A DNA stretch of 25,122 nucleotides from a virus (Duplodnaviria > Caudoviricetes), in the IMG/VR virus record IMGVR_UViG_3300049782_000061, positions 1 through 25,122 of that record; one strand, given 5' to 3'. Positions 14,928-25,031 of the stretch are shown piece by piece; position 1 is the first letter of the stretch; each line of letters starts with the position of its first letter. A program made the position numbers and the translations under genes. Below the pieces are notes generated by a model, which made no database searches, was not told where the DNA came from, and saw only the letters and a list, made by a program, of their open reading frames with translations.

Positions 14928-15269
14928 TCACTCCTCCGGCGGCTGCGGGTCGAGCTTGGTCGCGGTGAGGATCGTGGCGTCCTTCCCGCACGCGCCGTCC
15001 TGGGCGCACACGACACGGCAGTACCGGGGGTCGCCGTTGTTGGAGTAGAACATCGGGATATCAACGATGATGTTCTCCTGCCGGCATCCGGGGGTGCGGC
15101 ACGCTGCGGTGACGGCGTACCACGTCTGCGGCTCCCAGATGATGGGCTCCGGGTCGGGTATCGGATCCGGGGTCTCCGGCTCGGGGTCGACCGGCTCGGG
15201 CGGCGGATCCCCTTCAGGGGGCTGGGGCGGCTCGGTGCTCTCTGCCGATTGCAGCTCGGGCTCGGTCAT
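14928..15269 (-). CDS. Hypothetical Pro-rich, Cys4 protein after the tail fibre gene
   Basis: ATGA overlap with the upstream gene; CRTPGC...CAQDGAC. Confidence 0.7.
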   Translation of the reverse strand: MTEPELQSAESTEPPQPPEGDPPPEPVDPEPETPDPIPDPEPIIWEPQTWYAVTAACRTPGCRQENIIVDIPMFYSNNGDPRYCRVVCAQDGACGKDATILTATKLDPQPPEE

Positions 15270-16957
15270 GATGCGATCACCATCCAGTTGATGACGGTTG
15301 CGGTGGTGTTCTCCCGGTTGACCCAGACCAGCATGCTGCTGGAGGTCACCGAGGAGACGGAGACGCCGGTGACGCCTTGGGCGCCGACCGGGGTGCGGAC
15401 GCCGGGCACGGTGGTGACGGCGGTGGCGTAGCCGCGGAAGGTGGTGCCTTTCAGCGGGCCGAAGTTGACGCTGGCGCTGGTCGGGGTGTGGGCGGCGGAG
15501 GGGGTGATGGTGATGGTGCCGGACGCGATGTTCCCGGCCGTCATGATTCCCTTGATGTCGGTGTTGCCGTCCTTGTCGACGCTCATCCGGGTGGCGCCGT
15601 CAACGGTGAGGTTCAGCAGGTTGCCTGTGTGCCCCGCGACCACGCTGACGAGGACAGCGCTGGACGACGATGCGGGGGGCTGGACGCTGAACCTTCCGCC
15701 GCTGACGAAGGCGTGCCCAGCCTGTACGAAGAGCGTGCTGCTCTGGGACGTGCCGCCGGAGTCGCGGTAGCCGAGAGAGGCGGAGGTGCCGCTGAGGAAG
15801 AAACGCCCGCCCACCGAGTACTGATCGTCGGCGTTCCTGATTCGCTCGATGACCGCGAAGTCGTTACCCATGAACGTGCGCCACTTCATGTCCGAGAACC
15901 CGGACCCGGTGAACATTCCGGAGGTCAGGCCGAGGTCGGCGGCGCCCGGCGAGGTCTCGGAAACGTTGACGTAGGCGCTGTTCGTCTGGCCCGCGTTCGT
16001 GAACCGCAGGTTCGGATAAGCGCTGTCCGGGTCGAGCCACATGACGGCACCGTTGGTGCCCTGAAGCAGCAGGCCCCGATCCGAGAACTCACCGATCGCA
16101 GTGGGGGTGACGTCGTTGTACACGAGGACCTTGCTGAGGTTGTCCTCGTTGACAGTGACCCGGGGCCCGCTGATCGCGGTCTGGATGAGGGAGCCGGTGA
16201 TGGTGCTACCGGTGATGGCGCCGGTGAAGGTCGCAGATCCGTCAGCGGCGTCGAAGCGGATGACCAGTTGCCCCGTGTTGTTGTAGACGCGCAGCCCGTT
16301 CTCATTGAGTTCCACGCGCGCGCCGTCCGGGTTACCAGCCACCAGCCGCGTCACTAGCTGAAGGATCGCTTCGAGCTTGTCAGCCGTGACAGCACCGGCC
16401 GCAATCGCGGCAGCTTCGACAGAGCCAGCCTTCAGGTCCGGGCCTGCTACCTGGATCGGGGTGGCGGCGGTCTCTACGGATGGGGGCCCCGCGATGCCCG
16501 AGGTGTTCACGGCAGCCAGCACTACATAGTGCGGCTGGTATGGCAACGGGGTGACTGGCAGTGTGCCGCCCTCTCCGGAGCGGGTGATGGTGCCGACGAA
16601 CGTTGCTGCGGACGGTGTGAAGTCGCTGGTGGTGGAGATGTGGACAGCTACATGGTCGAAGTCCGCGGGCAATGGGCTGCCATCAGCTAGGGAGCCGTCC
16701 CAGACGACACGCAAGCCACCGATGGACGGTGTGATCACAGGCGCGGAGGGAGCGCCTGGCGGTGGGCCGTTCTGAGCAATCAGCCCGACGGTCCCATCGG
16801 GTTGCATGCCGATCACGGCGCGGATGGTGCCTTCTCCATCGCGGAACTCGAGGGCAGCGTCCTCGACGCTGCCGCCGTGGGCGTACCGCTGTCCTTTCTT
16901 GATCTCCTTGAGTTCGCGGGCGAGGCGGGCGAGCTCTTGGGCGATGTTGCGGGCCAT
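15266..16957 (-). CDS. Minor tail or tail fibre (receptor-binding) protein
   Basis: N-terminal coiled coil, FN3-like segment (PSAPVITPSIGGLRVVWDG...DFDHVAVH), beta-rich C-terminus; TGATG overlap with the upstream gene. Confidence 0.8.
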   Translation of the reverse strand: MARNIAQELARLARELKEIKKGQRYAHGGSVEDAALEFRDGEGTIRAVIGMQPDGTVGLIAQNGPPPGAPSAPVITPSIGGLRVVWDGSLADGSPLPADFDHVAVHISTTSDFTPSAATFVGTITRSGEGGTLPVTPLPYQPHYVVLAAVNTSGIAGPPSVETAATPIQVAGPDLKAGSVEAAAIAAGAVTADKLEAILQLVTRLVAGNPDGARVELNENGLRVYNNTGQLVIRFDAADGSATFTGAITGSTITGSLIQTAISGPRVTVNEDNLSKVLVYNDVTPTAIGEFSDRGLLLQGTNGAVMWLDPDSAYPNLRFTNAGQTNSAYVNVSETSPGAADLGLTSGMFTGSGFSDMKWRTFMGNDFAVIERIRNADDQYSVGGRFFLSGTSASLGYRDSGGTSQSSTLFVQAGHAFVSGGRFSVQPPASSSSAVLVSVVAGHTGNLLNLTVDGATRMSVDKDGNTDIKGIMTAGNIASGTITITPSAAHTPTSASVNFGPLKGTTFRGYATAVTTVPGVRTPVGAQGVTGVSVSSVTSSSMLVWVNRENTTATVINWMVIAS

Positions 16958-18057
16958 CAGAGTGCCTCCGGGGGGCCGTAGTGGTAGGAGTCGGCGCGTT
17001 TGAGGGTGAGGACGGCCTGGTCGGGCGCCCTGTCCGGCCGGTAGGAGTCCGCGATGACCCGGGCCCAGCCGGACCAGGACACCCACTGGTTGTTGACCGT
17101 GACCTGTACGTCGTCGCCGATCTGCCACGAGCCGAGGGGAGCGTTGGGATGGTCGCGGATGGTGATCGTCTCGACCTGTCCCATGATCTTGCGGCGCTTC
17201 AGCTCCGCCCCGGCGCGCTTGGCGAGGACGTCGTTGCCGTTGACGGTCGGCAGGGACAGGACGTGCTCCATGCGCAGCCCGCCGTCCCGAGATGGCACCT
17301 CCGCGCGGCGGGTCGCGGTTCCCTCACCGGAGCCGGTGGCGAGGATCACGTTGGCGTAGTCGTCCCCGGAGTACGCGACGGGCGGTGAGTCGACGATGTT
17401 CACGCCGGTGCGGAAGGTGATGTCGGTACGGCGGGCACCGAGCCGCGGGTAACCCAACCGGATGCGCTTCTCCACCGTGCTGTTGCCCAGGTAGCGGCAG
17501 GTATTGGTGTACTGGGGGGCGCCGTCCTCGGAGACGAGATCGTCGACCTGGTCGCCGAGATTGGGCGTCTCATACCAGTACGAGTGCCACGGCTCGGCGG
17601 GGGTGCCCACCTTCATGCTCGAGGTCGTCGTGTCGACGACGACGCCGAGGTTGCCGTCGGGCTGGGCCTGCGCGTAGGCCCAGATGTCCCGGATGATCTT
17701 GCAGGGGTCTGTGTTCACATAGGGGCCGCGGCCCGCCAGCTCGCCGTGAAAGTCATGGCGGGCGTTCAGGTACGACGACCAGGACGCCGCCTCCAGCCGG
17801 TACTCGCCGTCCTCGACGGTGACGTCCCAGATGAGTCCGCCCCAGCGGAGGATCCCGTCAGCCTCGGCGTAGATCAGCGCCTTACCCGGCAGCAGCGACG
17901 ACGCGTTCGCTTTGACGAAGCGCGGGGTGAGGGTGCCGCGGAGCTCCCCGGGCCCGTTGAGTTCGTTGCCGAACTCAACGTCGGTCAGCGGCAGTGCGGG
18001 GTGCAACATCACCCCGGTCAGGGCGTGCTGCGTCCAGTACCTCCAGCGGCCGGTCAC
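16957..18057 (-). CDS. Minor tail (baseplate hub-like) protein
   Basis: ELNGPG, WGGLIW, GYPRLG, YANVILATGSGEG, WQIGDDV; position in the tail module. Confidence 0.85.
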   Translation of the reverse strand: MTGRWRYWTQHALTGVMLHPALPLTDVEFGNELNGPGELRGTLTPRFVKANASSLLPGKALIYAEADGILRWGGLIWDVTVEDGEYRLEAASWSSYLNARHDFHGELAGRGPYVNTDPCKIIRDIWAYAQAQPDGNLGVVVDTTTSSMKVGTPAEPWHSYWYETPNLGDQVDDLVSEDGAPQYTNTCRYLGNSTVEKRIRLGYPRLGARRTDITFRTGVNIVDSPPVAYSGDDYANVILATGSGEGTATRRAEVPSRDGGLRMEHVLSLPTVNGNDVLAKRAGAELKRRKIMGQVETITIRDHPNAPLGSWQIGDDVQVTVNNQWVSWSGWARVIADSYRPDRAPDQAVLTLKRADSYHYGPPEAL

Positions 18058-19004
18058 AGGCGGCCCTCAAGGAACTCGACGTCGATCTTGAAGGTGGTGC
18101 GGTTGTCGACACCAATCGTGCCGTCGTTGAGGGGGTCGGTGCGCATGCGGGCCCTGACCGGCTGGGTGGTGCCGCGCATCGTCGAACCCGCGGGGGAGGT
18201 CAGGCTGATCGTCTCGGCCATCTCCACGTACACCCGGCGGGCCACACTGCCCTGGTTGTCGTCGATCCAGACTTCCTGGGCGGCTTCGACACCACCGAGC
18301 ATGAACCGGAACGCCCCGAACACGGCGCCGCCAGCGAGCCGCAGGTTGATCGCCGAGAACACGATCTTCGCGGTGGCCGCCCAGGACGGGATGACCAGGT
18401 TGGCGAGGATCACGTTGGGGTGTGACTTCCACGTGCTGGACGTGCCGCTGATCTCGGTGAGAGACCCGGAGTAGTAGTACGTCTCCAGGATCCGCTCCCG
18501 CCGCGGGTTCGCGATCTGCCGCAGATCCTTGATCATCGCGTTGGTGATCGTGGCCGTGGACGGCGGTATGTCGATCCGGGCCAGTGGGATCGCCGAATAC
18601 CCGGCCGGGACCGTCGTGGCGGACGAGCTGACGTTGGGGATGACCTCGAAGAACACGATCGGATCAACAGCGGGGTCGCGGTTGCCCTCGTACTCCGGGT
18701 CCTCCACCCGCAGCACGAGCATGTCGGAGCGGGACGTGCTGCCGGTGGCGGCGATGTCCACGGCGTCGGAGCCGATGTTGTAAGCGTTGTAGTAGCCCTG
18801 CACGGGGCTGACCTTGCCTGCGATGACAGCGGACCCGTCGCCGATCTGCACGGCGCCGCCCGGCGTCGCCAGCGCGGTCACCTTCAGGTCGCTGCCGGTG
18901 GTGACGCCCTGGTTGTCCCGCGCCAAATCCTTGATCATCATGCGGAACTGCTGTGCGGAGTGCTCGGCGCCCATCGTCGCAATCGGTACCGGTACGAGTG
19001 CCAT
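18054..19004 (-). CDS. Minor tail protein
   Basis: RSDMLVLRVEDPEY, AIPLARIDIP, ITNAMIKDLR. Confidence 0.85.
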   Translation of the reverse strand: MALVPVPIATMGAEHSAQQFRMMIKDLARDNQGVTTGSDLKVTALATPGGAVQIGDGSAVIAGKVSPVQGYYNAYNIGSDAVDIAATGSTSRSDMLVLRVEDPEYEGNRDPAVDPIVFFEVIPNVSSSATTVPAGYSAIPLARIDIPPSTATITNAMIKDLRQIANPRRERILETYYYSGSLTEISGTSSTWKSHPNVILANLVIPSWAATAKIVFSAINLRLAGGAVFGAFRFMLGGVEAAQEVWIDDNQGSVARRVYVEMAETISLTSPAGSTMRGTTQPVRARMRTDPLNDGTIGVDNRTTFKIDVEFLEGRL

Positions 19005-19011
19005 CAGTTCC

Positions 19012-19908
19012 TCACAGGGCCTTGTAGGCCGGCCACCAGGTGACGGCCAGAGAGCTGGTCAGGGTCGGGTCGGTCGCAGTCCAGTGGATTTCGTTCATGC
19101 CGGGCAGCAGGCGGAACAGGTCGATGCGGGACTGCGGAGTCAGGGGCATGCCGCCGCCGTTGTCACGGAGCACGGTCCGCCAGCCGGGCCGGGTGTCGAT
19201 CTCCACCCATTCGCCGGCCGCGAGGGAGCCCTGCACGGTCAGGGACCGGCCGGTCTGCACGTGGGTGATCTTCGGGTTGGCGCACGGCCCGTTTACCCGC
19301 AGCACCGGCCACGTCGGGGCGGTGCCAGCCACGTCGAGGAACCCGGGCCTGCCGACCGCACCCGCGGTGAGCTCGATCGTGAACGGGAACATCAACGGGA
19401 ACGTGAGGCCGCCGCGGGTGAGGGACCCGAGCGGGATGGACGTGGTGTCGGCCGTGTCCGCGTAGAAAAGTTGGTCGGCGGCGGTGAACTCGATGTCGAG
19501 GGGGATCCAGCCGTGCTTGGCCTGTGACAGGTCCGCATCCAGTTTCCGGACCCGGCCCCGCACGGTACGCACCGGGCGGCCGGGGAACTTCAGCCGGAGC
19601 GTGGTCGTGGCGCCGCCGGCCAGCCGGACCGCTTCATCGTCGGCCGCGTTCTGTAGCGCCTCGTGCACCGCCAGAGCACCGGCTTCGTCGCCCGGCACCT
19701 TGATGGAGGCATCGATGCGGACCTCGCGCCCACCAAACAGGTCGAGGCCGAGCCACAGCCCGTCCGCGCCGGGCGGCTCCGTGTCCGAGGTCCGCACCGG
19801 CGCCCGGCCCAGGCCCTCGATCGTCGCGATGACGACCGGGGTGTCCTTGCCGATCAGGTAGCCGGCCAGGTCGTGCTGACCGTCGATCAGCTCTACCGGT
19901 GTACTCAT
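19012..19908 (-). CDS. Distal tail protein (Dit-like)
   Basis: Directly after the tape measure gene; GTAPTWPVLRVNGPCANPKI, LLPGMNEI. Confidence 0.85.
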   Translation of the reverse strand: MSTPVELIDGQHDLAGYLIGKDTPVVIATIEGLGRAPVRTSDTEPPGADGLWLGLDLFGGREVRIDASIKVPGDEAGALAVHEALQNAADDEAVRLAGGATTTLRLKFPGRPVRTVRGRVRKLDADLSQAKHGWIPLDIEFTAADQLFYADTADTTSIPLGSLTRGGLTFPLMFPFTIELTAGAVGRPGFLDVAGTAPTWPVLRVNGPCANPKITHVQTGRSLTVQGSLAAGEWVEIDTRPGWRTVLRDNGGGMPLTPQSRIDLFRLLPGMNEIHWTATDPTLTSSLAVTWWPAYKAL

Positions 19909-22900
19909 CGGGCACCTACTCCCCCGCGCGCCAGGCGCCTGAGCTGGTATGCCTGCCGCGCCTCCACGGCACGGGCCAGGTCTTGGTCGGCGGCGCGGCC
20001 GCTGATGTGGAAGTGGGATTCGCCGACCAGCGGGCCCTGCTCGCGGATGATGACGACCCGCTGCCCCTGCCCGTCGGTCAGGCCGAGCCCGAAGCGGCCG
20101 GCGACGTTGGACAGGACCGCGGTCGCCGAGCTCCGCTTGGACGGGCTGAGCGGAATGTACGCCTCGCCCCGCGTGGACGGCTCCGCGAACCGGATGATCC
20201 CGCCGCGGGTGCCGTACAGGCCGGCGCGGATGCCGCCGTTCTCGTAGGCCATGCCCTTGTTCGCCTTGAACAGATCACTCAAGAATCGTTCGGCACGGCC
20301 GCCGAGGAACTGCATGATCTGCACCTTGGCCTTGTTGGCGACGTCGATGATGACGTCCTCGCCCAGGCCGGTCGCATCGGCGACCGCGTGGATACCAGTG
20401 TTCTTGTTTTTGATCGCGGCGATGATCTGGATGAGGTCGGCCTGCTCCTCGCCGGTGAGCTGGCTGTTCGCGCGCTTCGCCTGCTCGTTCGCCGCTCTGG
20501 CCTTGCCCTTGTCCTTGGCTGCGGAGTCCGCGAGTTGCATCGCGGCCTCGTCGCCCTGCGCGGCGAGCTGGGAGGCGAGGTCGCCGTAGCCCTGCGCCGC
20601 GAGCTGTGCGAGGTCCTTGGAGAACTCGCTGTTGACCTTGTTCGCCTCGCCCATCTGACGCGTGTAGTCCGTCAGCGACGCCTTGGCCGTCTTCTGGAGA
20701 TCGCGGAGGGCCTTCGCCATTTCGTTGATGTACTTCGTGGAGCCCTTGGCCATCTTCTCGGCGAGCTTCATGCCGTCCTCGCCCATCGAGGCGAGCGCCT
20801 CGACGACGTCCCCACCGACCCGGTCCGCGACCTTCTCCAGGTTCTTGTTCCAGACCGTGGTGGCCTTCGCTGCGGCCTTCAGCTTCTTCTCGACCGCGGT
20901 GATGTCGAAGTACTCGACCTCCTTGGTCTGCCACTTGCCCTTGACCTTGACCTTCACCTTCTTGGTCTTGTGACCGGCCTGCCCGGCGTCCGAGGCTGAG
21001 TAGAGGGATCCGGAGACGGGGTCGTAGCGCCAGTCGGTGATGTTGCCGTTGGCGTTCCACTGGATGGTGGCGGGGTCGCCGCCCAGGCGGCGGATGGTCT
21101 CCTCGGCGATGGCGCGGGAGCGGACCCGCTTGGACCGGGCGAAGGGAATGTAAGCTTCGCCGCCGGTCTCGTCCTCGGCCCACACCCGCCACGCCCCCGA
21201 CGGGGCGATCTGCGCGACGTGGTTCTCGCGTCGCATGCCGCCGCGGGCGTAGAAGTCGATGGTGCCGCCGTCCGCCTGGGCGAACCGCTCGGCCTGCTGA
21301 CTGATGAGGTCGGCGGTGGTCTGCGTGTTCTTCCGGACCGTCTCGTGGATGCTGACGTGCCGGGTGGTGATGGTGACCGTCTTGTCCCTGAGCCCGGCGA
21401 TAGCGGAGCCGAGCGCCCCGACGTTGGCGCGCTGGGTGCCGGTGGGAACGGTGATGACGACGTTTTTGCCCTTGGTGTCGCGGATCTTGAATCCGAGCAG
21501 CTCGAGCTGGTGCCGGGCCTCCGCGGTCGGCGCCTTCATCGTGATGGTCTTGCCGTTGGTGGAGGCGACCTTCTGCTGGACCGCTTGCAGGTCGGCGATG
21601 GTGCTGGCAACGGACGAGTTGATCACGATGGTTTTGTCTTGCAGCCCGTCACGCTTCTGCCGGACCTGGTCCAGATTCGTGCTGGCGGTGCCGGTCTCCG
21701 CGGTGACCGTGAACCGGCCGTCCTTGAGCTCGGTGACCTTGTAGCCGAGCGCCTCGAGCATGATGACCGCATCGTCGGTCAGCGCGTTCACCGTAACGCT
21801 CTTGGCGTCCGGGGTCCGCTGAATGGCCGCGATGACGGAGTCCAGGCTGGCGACCGCGTCCTCAGTCCGCATCTCCAGCGTCATCGACTTGGTGTCCGGG
21901 ATCTTCAGGTAGGAGTCGGCGAGCGCCTCCGCCTGCGCCTTTGTCAGACCCATCGCGTCGGCCGCGTCGATGAACGCGCTTCGGCCCTTGTCGAAGATTC
22001 CGTTGACGTGCTCCCACGACTTGCCCTGCTCCCGCGCGGCAGCCGCAGCGGCATCGGTGTTCGCGGCCAGCTCGGACAGCACCTTCTCGGCGTCCCGGGC
22101 CTTCTGCGAGCCGAGATCCAGCTCCCCGTCCCGCATCCTCAGCGCACCGGCATGGTTCTGGGTCGCCTTGGTGACGTCGTCCAGAGACTGCTCGAACGCC
22201 GACATGGCGGAGCCGGCGGCCCGGTTGACCTCGTTCAACGCGAGGATCGACTGCCGCAGCCCATCAGCGGACTTCTTCTGCGCCTCCAGCTTGGCCTGGG
22301 TGTCCATGGCCGCCCGGCCGAAGATGCCCATGCTGGCTGCTGCCAGCTCCTGCTCGAACCGGGCATCGGCGACGGCCGACTCGTAGTCGTCGAGCTGCTT
22401 GGTGAACTGGCTGGTGTCCCGGCCGCCCTTCCCGTACTCGGCCGTGAGCCGCTTCAGCGCCTCCGCCGCAATGTCCGCCTGCCCGTTCTTCACCAGACCA
22501 GCGAGCGCCTTGTCGACGGCGTCGAGGTCCTCTTTGGCCCGCTTGACCGGGGTGGAGTCCCAGTCGCCCAGGCCGCCCAGGGTGACGATCCACTGCTGGA
22601 TGTCGTCCACGGCGGACGGATCGGTCAGCGCCCGGACCTTCTCGTGGAGGTCGCCGAGGTCCTTCCCGAAGACCCTGGCGGCCTCCCCGGTGACCTTGCC
22701 GGTCTGCCCCAACTGCTTGAGGGAGGAGGTCAGCTTGTCGACGTCCGGCGGGGCTTCCTGCCCGATCTCGGATAGCTCCATGAGGACGTAGACCAGGGCG
22801 CCGATCCCGGCGAGCACGACGGATGCCTTCGCGGCGGTACCGAGGGCGAGAAACGCGGCACGAAGACCGGCGATACCGCCCCCGGCGGCGGCAGACGTCG

Positions 22901-24131
22901 CGCCCACCGCGGCGATCTGCGTACGGACCCGGCCCAGACCGGCCGCGAGGACGGCCATGCCCGCCCCGGAGAGCTGGAGCAGCTTCAGGGCGGTGGCGAC
23001 CTGGATGATGATGCCGACCAGCTCGGGCGGCAGCGCGGCCACCAGTCGGGCCGCCGCGGTGACGAGGGTGAGGATGGTCGGGCCCGCTTCGGATGCGCCC
23101 TCGGCGAGGACCATGACCGCCTGCCCGATCGCCTGGATCGCCGCCCGCGCTTCCGGCCCGTTCTCCCGCGCGTAGTCGAGGAGCTGCCCGAGCGCACCGT
23201 CACCGGCGTCGCCTTCGGAGACGACGCGGAGGAGGTGGATGACGTCGTCGGTGAACTCGTCCAACTGCTGGTCGGTGAGGGTGGCGACCTTGTCGGCCAG
23301 TGCGTCGAAGCCGGGTGTGGTGATAGCTCCGCCGGCAACGTTCATCAGCCGGTCCAGCTCGCGGGAGAACGACTGCACGTGCGGCGTCATCTGGGGGATG
23401 AGCTGCTCGAGGAGCGTGAAGCCCTTGGTAACCGGGGCCATGGTGAAGCCGGCCATGTCGTCCGACCAGCCTTGGAACTCCTGCTTGAGGCTGGACAGGG
23501 CGATTGCGGCCTGCTGCGCCTCGGGCGGCAGGCTGGCGATGATCTGCTGGTACTTGAGCTGGGCCTGCATCGCCTCGGCGGAGGACCGGCCGTGCTCCCG
23601 TACAGCGTCCTGGTATTTCTTCTCCGCGTCGGCGGCTTCCGTGAGGGGCTCGATCTGCCCGGCCAGGGCGACACCGAACGCGGTCGCGGCGGCGCCACCG
23701 AGAGCGAACTGCCCGGCGAGGGCCGCGACGCCCGTGGACAGGCCGGCGACGAGCGGGATCGCCGAGGGGGCGAGCATGAGCAGCCCTTGCAGCATGCCGC
23801 GGGAACTGCGGGAACCTCCCCTCAAGCCGCCGAGGGACTGGGTGAGTCCGGTCAGTGCGCTGGTGTCCGCGTTCACGCGGACGGTGATGTTCTGGTTCAT
23901 CGACGCCCACCGCACTGCCGCGGCCACGTCACGGCGGAGCTGCATGGGGTCGTCGAGTCGCAGGCTGAGGCGGATGCCTTGGCTGGCTTCCGTGCGCAGG
24001 TGGTCGATGTCGCGGCGGAGCGCGTTGACGTCGCGGGAGGCGTCCCGGGCCTCCCGGGCCAGGGTGCGCAGGGTGCGGGTGAGGCCGGAGCCCTGTCCGG
24101 TGAGGCGCACGGAGAGGTTCCACTGGCTCAT
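19905..24131 (-). CDS. Tape measure protein
   Basis: 1408-aa Ala-rich helical ORF after the tail chaperones; two ...GG...AE...GEAYIP motifs in the C-terminal third. Confidence 0.93.
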   Translation of the reverse strand: MSQWNLSVRLTGQGSGLTRTLRTLAREARDASRDVNALRRDIDHLRTEASQGIRLSLRLDDPMQLRRDVAAAVRWASMNQNITVRVNADTSALTGLTQSLGGLRGGSRSSRGMLQGLLMLAPSAIPLVAGLSTGVAALAGQFALGGAAATAFGVALAGQIEPLTEAADAEKKYQDAVREHGRSSAEAMQAQLKYQQIIASLPPEAQQAAIALSSLKQEFQGWSDDMAGFTMAPVTKGFTLLEQLIPQMTPHVQSFSRELDRLMNVAGGAITTPGFDALADKVATLTDQQLDEFTDDVIHLLRVVSEGDAGDGALGQLLDYARENGPEARAAIQAIGQAVMVLAEGASEAGPTILTLVTAAARLVAALPPELVGIIIQVATALKLLQLSGAGMAVLAAGLGRVRTQIAAVGATSAAAGGGIAGLRAAFLALGTAAKASVVLAGIGALVYVLMELSEIGQEAPPDVDKLTSSLKQLGQTGKVTGEAARVFGKDLGDLHEKVRALTDPSAVDDIQQWIVTLGGLGDWDSTPVKRAKEDLDAVDKALAGLVKNGQADIAAEALKRLTAEYGKGGRDTSQFTKQLDDYESAVADARFEQELAAASMGIFGRAAMDTQAKLEAQKKSADGLRQSILALNEVNRAAGSAMSAFEQSLDDVTKATQNHAGALRMRDGELDLGSQKARDAEKVLSELAANTDAAAAAAREQGKSWEHVNGIFDKGRSAFIDAADAMGLTKAQAEALADSYLKIPDTKSMTLEMRTEDAVASLDSVIAAIQRTPDAKSVTVNALTDDAVIMLEALGYKVTELKDGRFTVTAETGTASTNLDQVRQKRDGLQDKTIVINSSVASTIADLQAVQQKVASTNGKTITMKAPTAEARHQLELLGFKIRDTKGKNVVITVPTGTQRANVGALGSAIAGLRDKTVTITTRHVSIHETVRKNTQTTADLISQQAERFAQADGGTIDFYARGGMRRENHVAQIAPSGAWRVWAEDETGGEAYIPFARSKRVRSRAIAEETIRRLGGDPATIQWNANGNITDWRYDPVSGSLYSASDAGQAGHKTKKVKVKVKGKWQTKEVEYFDITAVEKKLKAAAKATTVWNKNLEKVADRVGGDVVEALASMGEDGMKLAEKMAKGSTKYINEMAKALRDLQKTAKASLTDYTRQMGEANKVNSEFSKDLAQLAAQGYGDLASQLAAQGDEAAMQLADSAAKDKGKARAANEQAKRANSQLTGEEQADLIQIIAAIKNKNTGIHAVADATGLGEDVIIDVANKAKVQIMQFLGGRAERFLSDLFKANKGMAYENGGIRAGLYGTRGGIIRFAEPSTRGEAYIPLSPSKRSSATAVLSNVAGRFGLGLTDGQGQRVVIIREQGPLVGESHFHISGRAADQDLARAVEARQAYQLRRLARGGVGAR

Positions 24132-24147
24132 CGGCGGGCTCCTTCCT

Positions 24148-24522
24148 TCAGGGGTGGGTGTGCTGGAGTTGCAGTGCGGCGTGGACGCTGGTCGGGATCA
24201 GCAGGACTTTCACGCCGTGCCCTTCGTCGCCGTCGGGGACGGTTTTCTGCTTGTCGGCGATGAGCTGGCAGCCGATGCAGCGGTGGGTGATGGCGCGGTA
24301 GGCGTCCTCGTCGCCCCCGAGTGCCTCGTCCCATTCCTCGGCGCGGGTGCCGCAGGAGGGGCAGACCTGCTTGAGGTAGTGGGCGTAGGCGAGGGCCTTG
24401 CGGCGGTCGAGGCTGGTCCATGTGCCGTCGCCGTGCCCGCGGAACTGCGAGTGGGGGATGCCCCACTTGTGGCACAGCTCCATCTCGGCTCGGAAGACGG
24501 CATCATCGATCAGCCTTTTCCC
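24148..24522 (-). CDS. Tail assembly chaperone, frameshifted extension (gpGT-like)
   Basis: The -1 frame after the slippery site reads RLIDDAVFRAEMELCHKWGIPHSQF...CPSCG...CIGC. Confidence 0.8.
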   Translation of the reverse strand, partial: GKRLIDDAVFRAEMELCHKWGIPHSQFRGHGDGTWTSLDRRKALAYAHYLKQVCPSCGTRAEEWDEALGGDEDAYRAITHRCIGCQLIADKQKTVPDGDEGHGVKVLLIPTSVHAALQLQHTHP

Positions 24523-25031
24523 AGGTCGGTCCGCTGGGTGTGCTGCACGGACCAGGCCGCGTTCCACAGGGCGCGGGCGTCGGCCGGCGTCCACGTCTTC
24601 AGGTAGCGGGTCGCGGCCTCGACGGGCATGCCGTCCAGGGATGCGGCGGCGATCAGGGCGGGCATGAAGGTGCCGCTGTCGAACTCGGCGCCGTCGGCTT
24701 CGTCCTGCTCGGTCGGCGGGTGCTCGGCGAGGAGGGTCTCGAGTTGCTGCTGTTCCAGGGCCTGGAAGCGCAGGGTGACGGTGTGGGCGTCGTAGTCCTT
24801 CTTCGCCTCGGCGAGTGCGGTTTGGGCGTCCTTGACCTGCTTTTCCACCAGGGCGATGGCTTGGGGGTCGGCGTCCGGGGAGAGGGATTGCAGGTAGGTG
24901 TCGGCTCGTTCGGCTTCGCGCTTGGCGGTGAGGTAGCGGTCGCGGATGTCGGGGTCGTCGCACAGTGAGAAGGTCCGGATGGGCTTCTTCACGCGGTCGA
25001 GGCGCTTGGCGAGGGCGTCCCAGGTGGTCAT
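24510..25031 (-). CDS. Tail assembly chaperone (gpG-like)
   Basis: GAAGGA RBS, ends LGKG-stop, upstream of the tape measure gene. Confidence 0.85.
   Translation of the reverse strand: MTTWDALAKRLDRVKKPIRTFSLCDDPDIRDRYLTAKREAERADTYLQSLSPDADPQAIALVEKQVKDAQTALAEAKKDYDAHTVTLRFQALEQQQLETLLAEHPPTEQDEADGAEFDSGTFMPALIAAASLDGMPVEAATRYLKTWTPADARALWNAAWSVQHTQRTDLGKG
24516..24522 (-). other. Programmed -1 frameshift site GGGAAAA
   Basis: CTG GGA AAA GGC TGA at the end of the chaperone gene; the -1 frame is open to 24148. Confidence 0.85.

Noticed and set aside
20150-21260. Duplicated GG...AE...GEAYIP motif in the tape measure protein
   Set aside because: A common tape measure C-terminal motif, not evidence of a diversity-generating or inversion system; no reverse transcriptase is in the window.
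24516-24522. Tail chaperone frameshift as a novelty
   Set aside because: Real, but a well-known conserved feature of long-tailed phages; listed as a feature only.
21219-24606. Long plus-strand ORFs opposite the tape measure gene, and similar shadow ORFs elsewhere
   Set aside because: Typical antisense or alternative-frame ORFs of high-GC DNA with no recognisable motifs.
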